Positions 46,148 to 54,144 of a stretch of 57,252 bases of DNA are shown one piece after another (the stretch's first letter is position 1; each line of letters begins with the position of its first letter). Under the pieces are notes generated by a model. The model saw nothing but the letters and a program-made list of their open reading frames with translations. It was not told the origin of the DNA and searched no databases. The translations under genes were made by a program, and so were the position numbers. Source of the DNA: Verrucomicrobiota bacterium (GTDB lineage Bacteria; Verrucomicrobiota; Verrucomicrobiia; Chthoniobacterales; UBA10450); assembly GCA_046734635.1 (NCBI GenBank), contig JBKPRQ010000155.1, positions 1 through 57,252 of the forward strand. The letters are read 5' to 3'.

Positions 46148-46323
46148 TATTGGCCGGTGCGCTGGCGATAGCGCTTGGATTGATTTGGATCCACCTTGCG
46201 CATTTTTTTTAAGAGATCCTTCGTGTCCGGCCGTGAAACGTCCGGTGAACGTGGACCTCCACCATCGCCTTGTTTTGGACCCCAGGGAGCCGGTTCTGCA
46301 GGTTTTTGAATGCGCTCGGGCAT
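46147..46323 (-). CDS. Pup/UBact-like small protein modifier candidate (58 aa)
   Basis: MPERIQKPAEPAPWGPKQGDGGGPRSPDVSRPDTKDLLKKMRKVDPNQSKRYRQRTGQ*. The N-terminal half looks disordered, the C-terminal half is a basic helix, and it ends in Gly-Gln. It lies immediately 5' of prcB and is coupled to it. It is hidden inside a 130-aa track ORF. Confidence 0.6.
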   Translation of the reverse strand: MPERIQKPAEPAPWGPKQGDGGGPRSPDVSRPDTKDLLKKMRKVDPNQSKRYRQRTGQ

Positions 46324-46473
46324 AAAAAAATCTAAGAGCAAATATTGGAAAGGCAAGCTGTCGCGTCGCATGATTCGCCAACTCGTTACAATTAACACCG
46401 GATTTCCGTTCAACGATTCAATGTGGCGAAGGCGCTTGCCAGACAAATCCGCTGATGGCAAAGTTTTGCCCCG

Positions 46474-46953
46474 ATGAAGCTCGCATTGATTTTTTGTGCG
46501 ACGGTCCTTTTCGGATTGCTTTGCCCGATTTCGGCTCAAACGGAAGCGCCGAAATCTCGGAAATCAGATCATGCCACTCAACTTGAAGCGTTGGCGAAAA
46601 AGATAGACGAACAGAATGCGAAGATTGATGCGCTTTCTCAGGAGATTCTCAAGCTGGAACAGCAAATCGCACACATGCGACCGGGTGTAATGATCGGAGA
46701 AAGCACGCCGTCGGCAGCCAGTCCTGCCGCTGCGGTCGCCGCCGGATCTTCACCACATCCGGCTGGCGCAAATACGCACATCGTCTCACGCGGTGAGACA
46801 CTCACTTCGATCGCGAAAATGTACAAGGTGACTGTGGATGAATTGCAGGCGGCCAATCACATCGAAGATGGCCGTAAGCTGCAGGCGGGACAGACCATCA
46901 TGATCCCCGCTGCGTCGCCGGCGGCCTCCAGTTCGCCGTCGCCAACAGAATAG
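46474..46953 (+). CDS. Secreted LysM domain protein
   Basis: Signal peptide, a short coiled coil, an Ala/Pro/Ser linker, then LysM: HIVSRGETLTSIAKMYKVTVDELQAANHIEDGRKLQAGQTIMIP. Confidence 0.8.
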   Translation: MKLALIFCATVLFGLLCPISAQTEAPKSRKSDHATQLEALAKKIDEQNAKIDALSQEILKLEQQIAHMRPGVMIGESTPSAASPAAAVAAGSSPHPAGANTHIVSRGETLTSIAKMYKVTVDELQAANHIEDGRKLQAGQTIMIPAASPAASSSPSPTE

Positions 46954-46958
46954 AGCTC

Positions 46959-47507
46959 GTGAATCCAAGCTGGTTTCTGCGCAAACACGAAGATGGAAGC
47001 ACCTTTGGCCCGGTGCGTTTTGATCAAATCGCGCGCTGGGCTGCAGCTGCGCAAATCGCGCCCCACGATACGCTTTCTAACGATCGGCAGAGCTGGGTGA
47101 AAGCGCCGATGCTGCCTCAGCTCGGTATGGACTGGTTGGTTGAACTCACGAGCGAGCATTATTACGGACCGACAACCCTGGGCGCGCTCCAGGAATTTAT
47201 CCGGCTCGGCGAAATCGATAGCGAGACCGAGGTCATCAACACCCGCAATGGCGCGCGTTGCAAGATTCAGGAAATGCCGCAGCTCTGGGAAAGCGGAGAA
47301 GCAGATGCCCTGGATGCCCAGACTGAAATTCAACTGGGCGATCCTATCGGACCAACAGTGGCCAGAATGTCGATTCGTCTCCGGGAGCAGATTCGTGATC
47401 TCGAACGGAGCTTGGAAGAAGAGCGCCGCGCTCTGATCGAAGCGGAGCGACGATACGCTGAGCTAAAAGAAAAATACGAAGCGGCTATTCAGGGTGCCGG
47501 AACCTGA
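46959..47507 (+). CDS. GYF_2 (DUF4339)-like repeat protein
   Basis: GTG start. Two W...GP......I......G.I......V.......W......P.L modules (WFLRKHEDGSTFGPVRFDQI...; WLVELTSEHYYGPTTLGALQEFIRLGEI...) and a C-terminal coiled coil. Confidence 0.6.
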   Translation: MNPSWFLRKHEDGSTFGPVRFDQIARWAAAAQIAPHDTLSNDRQSWVKAPMLPQLGMDWLVELTSEHYYGPTTLGALQEFIRLGEIDSETEVINTRNGARCKIQEMPQLWESGEADALDAQTEIQLGDPIGPTVARMSIRLREQIRDLERSLEEERRALIEAERRYAELKEKYEAAIQGAGT

Positions 47508-47553
47508 CAACGTGGAGCAAAGGGACTTTCCGGGCCGATAAGGCTCTAGTATG

Positions 47554-47628
47554 CGTAGTGCTCAGCGCACCCGACAGGATTGGGCAAATTTCTCGCACGT
47601 GATCTGCTGAGGACAGCGGACCCTACGG
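47554..47628. repeat. Degenerate palindromic element (CGTAG...CTACG ends)
   Basis: CGTAGTGCTCAGCGCACCC ... GGACAGCGGACCCTACG at a convergent gene junction. It has similar size and architecture to the CTGTAG family, but the arms have diverged. Confidence 0.4.
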
Positions 47629-47636
47629 CCTTTCTA

Positions 47637-49472
47637 TCAGCAGACCGGCAATTGTTCCTCTGCGTCCGGCGTTTGTGAACCGGCAATTTCTTCCGTCGAT
47701 TCCGTTTCCCGTGGCGAGGCAGTTTCGAGCAAACTTTGCTGGCATAGCCGCGCATATTTTCCGCCCAGCGCCAGTAATTCGTCATGGGTGCCCCGCTCGA
47801 TGATCCGCCCGTGATCGAGAACGAGAATTTGGTCCGCATGTACAATTGTGGAAAGCCGATGCGCGATGACAATCGATGTGCGGTTCGCCATTAAACGCTC
47901 GAGTGCTTCCTGAATCAGGCGCTCTGTCGTGGTATCCACGCTCGCAGTCGCTTCATCGAGAATCAAAATCGGCGGATCTTTCAACAACGCTCGAGCAATA
48001 GAGAGCCGTTGCTTTTCGCCTACGCTCAATTTCACTCCGCGCTCGCCCACGACGCTTTCCAAGCCGTCCGGTAAGCGTTGGATAAAGTGCTGCGCGTTCG
48101 CCGCAACGACTGCGCGCCATAATTCGTCGTCAGTCGCTCGCGGTTTTCCCATGAGCAGATTTTCGCGAATCGATCCATTAAACAGAAAACTTTCCTGCGT
48201 CACTACACCGATCGCATCACGCAATGCGCGCAGGTCATATTCGCGAATCGGTTTCCCGTCGATGTAGATTTGTCCAGTGGTGAACTCATAGAAACGCACG
48301 AGCAGATTCACGAGCGTTGATTTACCGGCACCGGTTGTACCGACCAGCGCGATAGTAGCACCCGGCGCCGCGTGGAAAGAAACATGACTGAGAGCGGGCA
48401 ATTCCTCGACGTAGCCGAAACTCACGTTTTCATAGCGAATGTCGCCTGCAATTCGCATTTTCTCACTGGGATCGGTGATCAGCGCACCGCGTTCGCCTTC
48501 AGAAGCTGCAGCCCCCGGCTCCACCGGTTCGTCGACAATCTGGAACACGCGTTCGCCGGCAGCGCGTCCGGCTTGCACAAGTTGATTAAGCTGGTGCAAT
48601 TTCCCAATCGGTTCGTAAAGAAATCCGCTGAGCATGAGAAAAGCGATGAGATCGCCGAGTTGCATGGTGCCGGCCAGAACAGCTTTTGTTCCAACCGCGA
48701 TTAAGAGGAGAACTCCTAACGAGCCAATCAGGTACATCGACGGGTGATACATTGCCCAAACCCGCATGACGACGAGCGTGGCGCGCCGCAATTCATTGCT
48801 GGCGTCGTTGAATCGATTGTGTTGTTCGCTCTCGCGGCCAAAGCTTTTGATTTGCCGAATCCCAGCGAGATTATCGTGCAGCAGCGCGTTCATCGCTGAG
48901 GAAGCGCGCCGTTGCAGTCGATAACGGCGATGCGCGGTGAGCGTGTACCAAAGTGCGCCGCCGGCCAGAAACGGCGCAGGCACCAGGCCCAACAGCGTCA
49001 ATTTCCAACTCAAATAAAACATCACGCCGAGAACGACGATCACTTGCAGCGCCGCGACGACGCCTTGCTCGATTCCATCAATCAATACCCGTTCGACTGA
49101 GTTGACGTCCTCAATCACGCGCGTCATCAGATCGCCGGTAGCGCGATTGTCGAACCATCGCAGAGGCAGCAGTTGGATGTGCGAATACAAATCACTGCGC
49201 AAATCAAAGATCACTTTTTGCTCAAACGTGTTGTTCAGAATAATGCGCAGGGAATTGAAGCCGTGTTGAAGCAGAAATGCGACCGCCGCCAGCAACAGCA
49301 GAGGCAGCAATTTGTCAGGTTGATTCGCCCGCACCACATCGTCGATGATCCATTTCGTTGTTGCCGGAAAGACAATCACCGTGACCGTGCTCAGGATCGC
49401 GCAGATCAACGTCCCCGCGGCCATCCAGGGATACCGCTTCAAATAAGCAAAAACACGCCAGACCGTTTTCAT
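47637..49472 (-). CDS. ABC transporter, fused permease/ATPase (MsbA-like exporter)
   Basis: Six-TM N-terminal domain, Walker A GTTGAGKST, signature LSVGEKQRLSIARA, and Walker B ILILDEATS. Confidence 0.9.
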   Translation of the reverse strand: MKTVWRVFAYLKRYPWMAAGTLICAILSTVTVIVFPATTKWIIDDVVRANQPDKLLPLLLLAAVAFLLQHGFNSLRIILNNTFEQKVIFDLRSDLYSHIQLLPLRWFDNRATGDLMTRVIEDVNSVERVLIDGIEQGVVAALQVIVVLGVMFYLSWKLTLLGLVPAPFLAGGALWYTLTAHRRYRLQRRASSAMNALLHDNLAGIRQIKSFGRESEQHNRFNDASNELRRATLVVMRVWAMYHPSMYLIGSLGVLLLIAVGTKAVLAGTMQLGDLIAFLMLSGFLYEPIGKLHQLNQLVQAGRAAGERVFQIVDEPVEPGAAASEGERGALITDPSEKMRIAGDIRYENVSFGYVEELPALSHVSFHAAPGATIALVGTTGAGKSTLVNLLVRFYEFTTGQIYIDGKPIREYDLRALRDAIGVVTQESFLFNGSIRENLLMGKPRATDDELWRAVVAANAQHFIQRLPDGLESVVGERGVKLSVGEKQRLSIARALLKDPPILILDEATASVDTTTERLIQEALERLMANRTSIVIAHRLSTIVHADQILVLDHGRIIERGTHDELLALGGKYARLCQQSLLETASPRETESTEEIAGSQTPDAEEQLPVC

Positions 49473-49627
49473 TGCGTACTCAACCTCAACGCGCGCGCCA
49501 CCGCGTCAAGCTAGTCACTGTTTTGGCGACATCTGCTTTCAACTCCTGTCCTTGATGCGGTACAGGCTGCGCCCCTTAACTTTGTGCTTGCCAATTAGGA
49601 TGGCCGGGGTCAAACGCTGTCGAGCTG

Positions 49628-49852
49628 TTGCCCGTTAGTAAAGATGTCATACGGGGTCCATTGTTGATCGAATACCTCGCTTTCATTTATGCGTGGACTG
49701 GCGAGAAGGATCGCGCAATCGAGCGATTAGATGAGGCGGCGAAACTTCCAAGTTTTTTGAGTTATGGCAGGCTGCTTCTGCGTCCGCGGTGGGACCCGTT
49801 GCGCGGCGATCCGCGCTTCGACACAATTGTCGCGTCGCTTGCGCCGAAGTAA
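49628..49852 (+). pseudogene. Orphan C-terminal fragment of a TPR-type protein
   Basis: The 74 aa end in ...YAWTGEKDRAIERLDEAAKLP...LLLRPRWDPLRGDPRFDTIVASLAPK. This resembles the extreme C-terminus of large TPR-containing proteins. There is no upstream coding partner in the 150-nt gap. Confidence 0.4.
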
Positions 49853-49909
49853 GGCCAGTTGTCGACGAAACGAATGTTGTTCTGAGCGCCGGCGCAGTAA
49901 TCTTGGCGA

Positions 49910-50290
49910 ATGCCCAACGAACCAAATCCGCCCTCCGATCGGATTCATATCGAGCAACTCGAAATCTTCGCACACATTGGGGTTCCGGAAAAAGAACGTT
50001 CTACCCCGCAGCGGCTAACTGTCAGCATTTCTTTCTGGCCATATTACGACCAGCGCGATATGGAGGACAAAATCGACAACACGGTCAATTATTCGATCGT
50101 TGCTGAGGAAACGAAGAATTTTGTGCGAGATCAGTCGACAAATCTGATCGAGACACTCGCCGATCGTTTGGCAACGCACTTGCTCAAAACTTTCCGCATT
50201 CAAAAGATCACGGTGGAGCTGCGAAAATTTCCTTTGGAAGATGCCAAACACGTCTCTGTGACCGTAACGCGAACTGCATCCGTCGCTTGA
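49910..50290 (+). CDS. folB: Dihydroneopterin aldolase
   Basis: DRIHIEQLEIFAHIGVPEKERSTPQRLTVSISF...TVNYSIV...LIETLA; 126 aa. Confidence 0.85.
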   Translation: MPNEPNPPSDRIHIEQLEIFAHIGVPEKERSTPQRLTVSISFWPYYDQRDMEDKIDNTVNYSIVAEETKNFVRDQSTNLIETLADRLATHLLKTFRIQKITVELRKFPLEDAKHVSVTVTRTASVA

Positions 50291-50327
50291 GAATATCGTC
50301 GCGCAGATCAAGCGCTGAAAAGCGAAG

Positions 50328-50442
50328 CTGTAGTCGCTTCCCTGTGAGAAGCGCGGCTCTCAGTGTTTAACAAGGAACAGGCCGGCGTCGCCTGATGGGC
50401 GACGGCGACAGAGTTTGCCGGTAAGGATAGCGGCCACTACAC
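50328..50442. repeat. Decayed CTGTAG-family element with expanded spacer
   Basis: CTGTAGTCGCTTCCCTGTGAGAAGCG ... (spacer with hairpin CGTCGCC-tgatg-GGCGACG) ... GGATAGCGGCCACTACAC. Confidence 0.35.
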
Positions 50443-50451
50443 TTCACCGTT

Positions 50452-51030
50452 ATGCAAAACAGCTGGGAAACCGTGTCTAGCGAGCGCCACTTCGACAATG
50501 CGCATCTTGAAGTTGTGACCGACCATGTGCGAACCCCCGCGCGTTCCCTGCCACAGGCATGGACAATTGTGCACCGGAAAGCAGCCGTGATCATTGCGCC
50601 GATGACGCGGGACGGAAAAATCGTTCTCATTCACCAGGAGCGCATTCCAATTCGCACAGCTATTTGGGAAATGCCGTCCGGGCAGATCGACGGCCCCCTT
50701 CAAGAAACCGTTGAGCAGGTCGCGCTGCGCGAACTGCGTGAGGAAGCAGGTTACGAGCTCTCGACGGATGGCGAACTCATCGCGCTTGGCCAGTACTTTA
50801 CCTCACCCGGATTTACAGACGAATGCGGCCATTTCTTCCTGGCGCGACCCGTCCAAAAATGCAAACAGCCATCGGCCGGAGACGAAGCAGAATCGATTCT
50901 CGATTGCCGCGAATTTAGCGTGCCTGAGATTTGGCGAATGATTGCCGAGAACGAAATTCGCGATGCCAACACGCTAAGCATTTGGGCGCGACTGTCTGCG
51001 CGCGGCCTCCTTCCAGACAAGGAGGGCTGA
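50452..51030 (+). CDS. NUDIX hydrolase (ADP-ribose pyrophosphatase-like)
   Basis: Nudix box PSGQIDGPLQETVEQVALRELREEAGYE. Confidence 0.85.
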   Translation: MQNSWETVSSERHFDNAHLEVVTDHVRTPARSLPQAWTIVHRKAAVIIAPMTRDGKIVLIHQERIPIRTAIWEMPSGQIDGPLQETVEQVALRELREEAGYELSTDGELIALGQYFTSPGFTDECGHFFLARPVQKCKQPSAGDEAESILDCREFSVPEIWRMIAENEIRDANTLSIWARLSARGLLPDKEG

Positions 51031-51076
51031 TTGCTCATAATTTGTTTATTGGCGGTTGTTTTCGGATTTTTAACCA

Positions 51077-51859
51077 ATGGCGCTGAAAGACATTTTTAAA
51101 TTTCGCGAACTGCCGGAGAACGAAACTTCCAAACCGTTTCTGGAGCATCTGGAAGAGTTGCGGTGGACCATTGTGAAGATGGCAATCGCGGTGGCTTCAG
51201 CGATGGTGATTTGCTTTGCATTTCGCGCGACCCTGGTGCGGATATTGCAGGCGCCGTTACGTGATGTCGGATCACAGATCGGGACACTCAAGGCGCTCGG
51301 CATCACCGACTCAATCGTGATCTCGTTTCATCTGGCGTTTTACGCCGGTATCGTTGTCTGTTTTCCGCTTCTGCTTTATTTCGTGGCGGAGTTTGTGCTG
51401 CCCGCGCTCACCGCTGTGGAAAAGCGCTTTTTGTTCCCGGCTATCCTGGTTAGCTTCGCGCTCTTCCTTCTCGGTGTGAGTGTTTGTTATTTTTGGTTGC
51501 TGCCGAAAACGATTCTCTTTTTCTTTCGCGACACAGAGTCGCTCGGCTGGGCGCCTACCTGGACCGTGCAACAATATTATTCCTTCGTGACGCGCTTTAC
51601 GATCGGCTTCGGGCTTGCTTTCGAACTGCCAGTGGTAGTGCTGGCTCTCGTTCGATTTGGATTGATTACGTACAGGTTCATGGCGCGCACACGGCCTTAT
51701 GCCGTGGTCCTGATTTTTATTCTGGCGACGATCATCACCCCGACACCGGACATTCTGACCTTGATCGCGATGGCGCTTCCCATGTGTCTGCTTTACGAAA
51801 GCTGCATCTGGATTGCGTGGCTAATGGAGCGCCGCAGCTCCAGGGCGATCACCCAATAA
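51077..51859 (+). CDS. tatC: Twin-arginine translocase subunit TatC
   Basis: FLEHLEELRWTIVK, six TM segments, and the ...ITPTPDILT... motif. Confidence 0.9.
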   Translation: MALKDIFKFRELPENETSKPFLEHLEELRWTIVKMAIAVASAMVICFAFRATLVRILQAPLRDVGSQIGTLKALGITDSIVISFHLAFYAGIVVCFPLLLYFVAEFVLPALTAVEKRFLFPAILVSFALFLLGVSVCYFWLLPKTILFFFRDTESLGWAPTWTVQQYYSFVTRFTIGFGLAFELPVVVLALVRFGLITYRFMARTRPYAVVLIFILATIITPTPDILTLIAMALPMCLLYESCIWIAWLMERRSSRAITQ

Positions 51860-51865
51860 TCGAGC

Positions 51866-52960
51866 GTGGCGCACTCTGTTTACCAGTTTCTCTTCGGTGC
51901 ATTTGCCTTTGTTCTCGGCGCTGCGGTCGGCTCGTTTTTGAACGTCTGCATCTATCGTTGGCCGGTCGAGCTTTCCATTAACAAGCCCCGTCGTTCTTTT
52001 TGTCCAGCATGCAAACAGCCGATTCCATGGCATCAAAATCTGCCGTTGGTCAGCTGGATTTTGCTCGGTGGTCGTTGCGCGAATTGCGGCGCGAAAATCG
52101 CCTTTCGTTATTTCGCGGTGGAGTTGATCACTGCGCTGCTGTTCCTGGCGATTTGGCAGAGCTTTCCGCGGCAAATGGCGATTGCGTACTGGATTTTGGT
52201 TTCGCTCCTGATCGTTGGAACATTTATCGATCTCGAACATTTCATTATTCCGGACCGCGTAACGATCGGCGGAATTATTGCTGGTCTTGTTTGCAGTGTG
52301 GCTGTGCCAGCTTTGATGGAAACGGATTCACGGCTTGCCGCATGCGTTCGCTCGTTGCTGGCCGCCGCCCTGGGCTACGTAATCCTGTTAATTGTCCTCG
52401 AAGCTGGCAAGATTGCTTTTGGGAGAAAACGGATCGAATTCGATGCCCCCACACCGTTCACCTGGACGAAACACGGGGATGACGCCGATCTGGTGGTAGG
52501 CACCGAAGAAAGCCTGTGGAGTGACTATTTCGCCCGGGAAAAAGATCGGTTATTGCTTGAATGCGATGAGGCCAGGATCGACCACCACACGTATGGAAAC
52601 GTGACACTGGACTTTCGCTACGATCGCGTCACGGCCGAGGGCCACGTGATGATGCTGGACGATGTGACGCAGATTTCCGGCGTGGCGCGTGAACTTGTGA
52701 TCCCGCGTGAAGCGATGGGCCGCGGCGATTTGAAATTTCTCGCTGCGATCGGCGCGTTCCTCGGCTGGCGTGCAGTGTTATTTAGTCTTTTCGCCGGATC
52801 ACTTGTCGGTTCCTTTGTTGGCCTGATCACGCTGGTCGTGGGCAAACGTGTCTGGTCTGCCAAGCTGCCGTTTGGACCTTATCTGGCGTTTGGCGCTCTG
52901 AGCTGGATGTTTTTCGGGGGTACATTTCTTCATTGGTATGCGGGACTGCTGACTCCCTAG
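51866..52960 (+). CDS. Prepilin peptidase (A24 family) with large internal insertion
   Basis: GSFLNVCIYRWP, Cys box CPACKQPIPWHQNLPLVSWILLGGRCANCGAKI, first Asp region FIDLEHFIIPD, and second Asp motif GRGDLKF. About 100 extra residues lie between the Asp motifs. Confidence 0.85.
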   Translation: MAHSVYQFLFGAFAFVLGAAVGSFLNVCIYRWPVELSINKPRRSFCPACKQPIPWHQNLPLVSWILLGGRCANCGAKIAFRYFAVELITALLFLAIWQSFPRQMAIAYWILVSLLIVGTFIDLEHFIIPDRVTIGGIIAGLVCSVAVPALMETDSRLAACVRSLLAAALGYVILLIVLEAGKIAFGRKRIEFDAPTPFTWTKHGDDADLVVGTEESLWSDYFAREKDRLLLECDEARIDHHTYGNVTLDFRYDRVTAEGHVMMLDDVTQISGVARELVIPREAMGRGDLKFLAAIGAFLGWRAVLFSLFAGSLVGSFVGLITLVVGKRVWSAKLPFGPYLAFGALSWMFFGGTFLHWYAGLLTP

Positions 52961-52971
52961 CCTGGAGCGAC

Positions 52972-54123
52972 ATGATCCTTACCAATGCGCGTTTGATTTT
53001 CTCCGAAGGCATTCGCGACGGCCTTGAGCTCGTTGTTGAAAAAGGAAAAATCACCACAATTCGCGACCATGGTCAGGCGCGCGAAAAACGCGTTGTCGAT
53101 CTGAGGGGAAATTATCTCGCTCCGGGCCTCATTGATCTTCACCTGCACGGCGCGCGGGGCCGCGACACCATGGAAGGGTCTGCGGAAGCGTTTCGTGCCA
53201 TCTGTGATTATCATGCCGGTGGAGGCACCACCTCGCTTTTGCTGACCACGGCGACTGCGCCGCTCGATGGCATCACCGATGTTCTGAACGCTGTCCGTGA
53301 TTGTCGCGGCTCGATTAAACAAATTGTCGGCGTTCATGTGGAGGGCCCTTTTATTTCGAAGGTCAAATGCGGTGCGCAACGCGCTGAATTCATTCAAAAT
53401 CCGTCTGGAGCTTTAGTCGACCAACTACTCGACTACGCGGACGTGATCAGGCGAATCACGATCGCGCCCGAGTTACCGGGAGCGCTGGAAGCGATCGCGA
53501 ATTTTCACTCGCGCTCTATCAGTGTAAGTGGAGGCCACAGCGACGCATGGGACGAGGACGCGCGAAAAGGTTTCGCACGTGGCATCCGCAGCGTCACTCA
53601 CACTTTCAACTGCATGTCGAGCGCGCGTCGCCGCGGCATTTATCGCGTTGGTGGTTTACTGGAGTTTGCGTTAAGCGAACCACAGATCAGTTGCGAACTA
53701 ATCGCCGATGGTCACCACGTCTCCGAAACCTTGATGAAGATGTTGTATCGCGCGAAAGGCCCGCGTGGGATTTGTCTGGTATCGGATTCAACCGCCGGCG
53801 CTGGGTTGCCGGATCAATCACGGTTTTCGCTTTTTGGAAGGGATTGCATCGTGGAAGGCGGCGTCTCTCTGCTTGCAGACCGTACAGCGCTCGCGGGTAG
53901 CGTGTCGCGCCTGATCGACCTGGTACGCACGATGGTCATGAAAGTAAACGTGCCGCTGCATGAAGCCGTCATGATGGCCACGGAAAATCCTGCGCATGCC
54001 ATCGGTCTTGAAACAAAGGGCCGTCTGGAGGTGGGCGCCGATGCGGATTTGGTCGTTGTGTCGCCGGAATTGGAAGTACTCCGAACATTCAGCGGCGGGG
54101 AGGAAATTTGGTCATCTGACTAA
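52972..54123 (+). CDS. nagA: N-acetylglucosamine-6-phosphate deacetylase
   Basis: GLIDLHLHGARG, VHVEGPFIS, an HTFN-type motif, and ...DSTAGAG.... The track start at 52933 overlaps the upstream gene, so ATG 52972 (MILTNARLI) is preferred. Confidence 0.85.
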   Translation: MILTNARLIFSEGIRDGLELVVEKGKITTIRDHGQAREKRVVDLRGNYLAPGLIDLHLHGARGRDTMEGSAEAFRAICDYHAGGGTTSLLLTTATAPLDGITDVLNAVRDCRGSIKQIVGVHVEGPFISKVKCGAQRAEFIQNPSGALVDQLLDYADVIRRITIAPELPGALEAIANFHSRSISVSGGHSDAWDEDARKGFARGIRSVTHTFNCMSSARRRGIYRVGGLLEFALSEPQISCELIADGHHVSETLMKMLYRAKGPRGICLVSDSTAGAGLPDQSRFSLFGRDCIVEGGVSLLADRTALAGSVSRLIDLVRTMVMKVNVPLHEAVMMATENPAHAIGLETKGRLEVGADADLVVVSPELEVLRTFSGGEEIWSSD

Positions 54124-54144
54124 AGCCGCGTTGTTAATGAGACG

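Noticed and set aside
46148-46381. 78-codon N-terminal extension of prcB in the track ORF.
   Set aside because: The extension (…RFFYARAHSKTCRTGSLGSKTRRWWRSTFTGRF…) looks like an off-frame translation and overlaps the better-looking small ORF. Met 46147 gives a propeptide of normal length (52 aa).
46324-46539. N-terminal 72 codons of the 130-aa track ORF upstream of the Pup/UBact-like peptide.
   Set aside because: The Arg/Lys/Ser-rich sequence has no coding character and lies in the divergent promoter region shared with the LysM gene. Modifiers of this kind are about 50-70 aa. An alternative Met at 46371 cannot be excluded.
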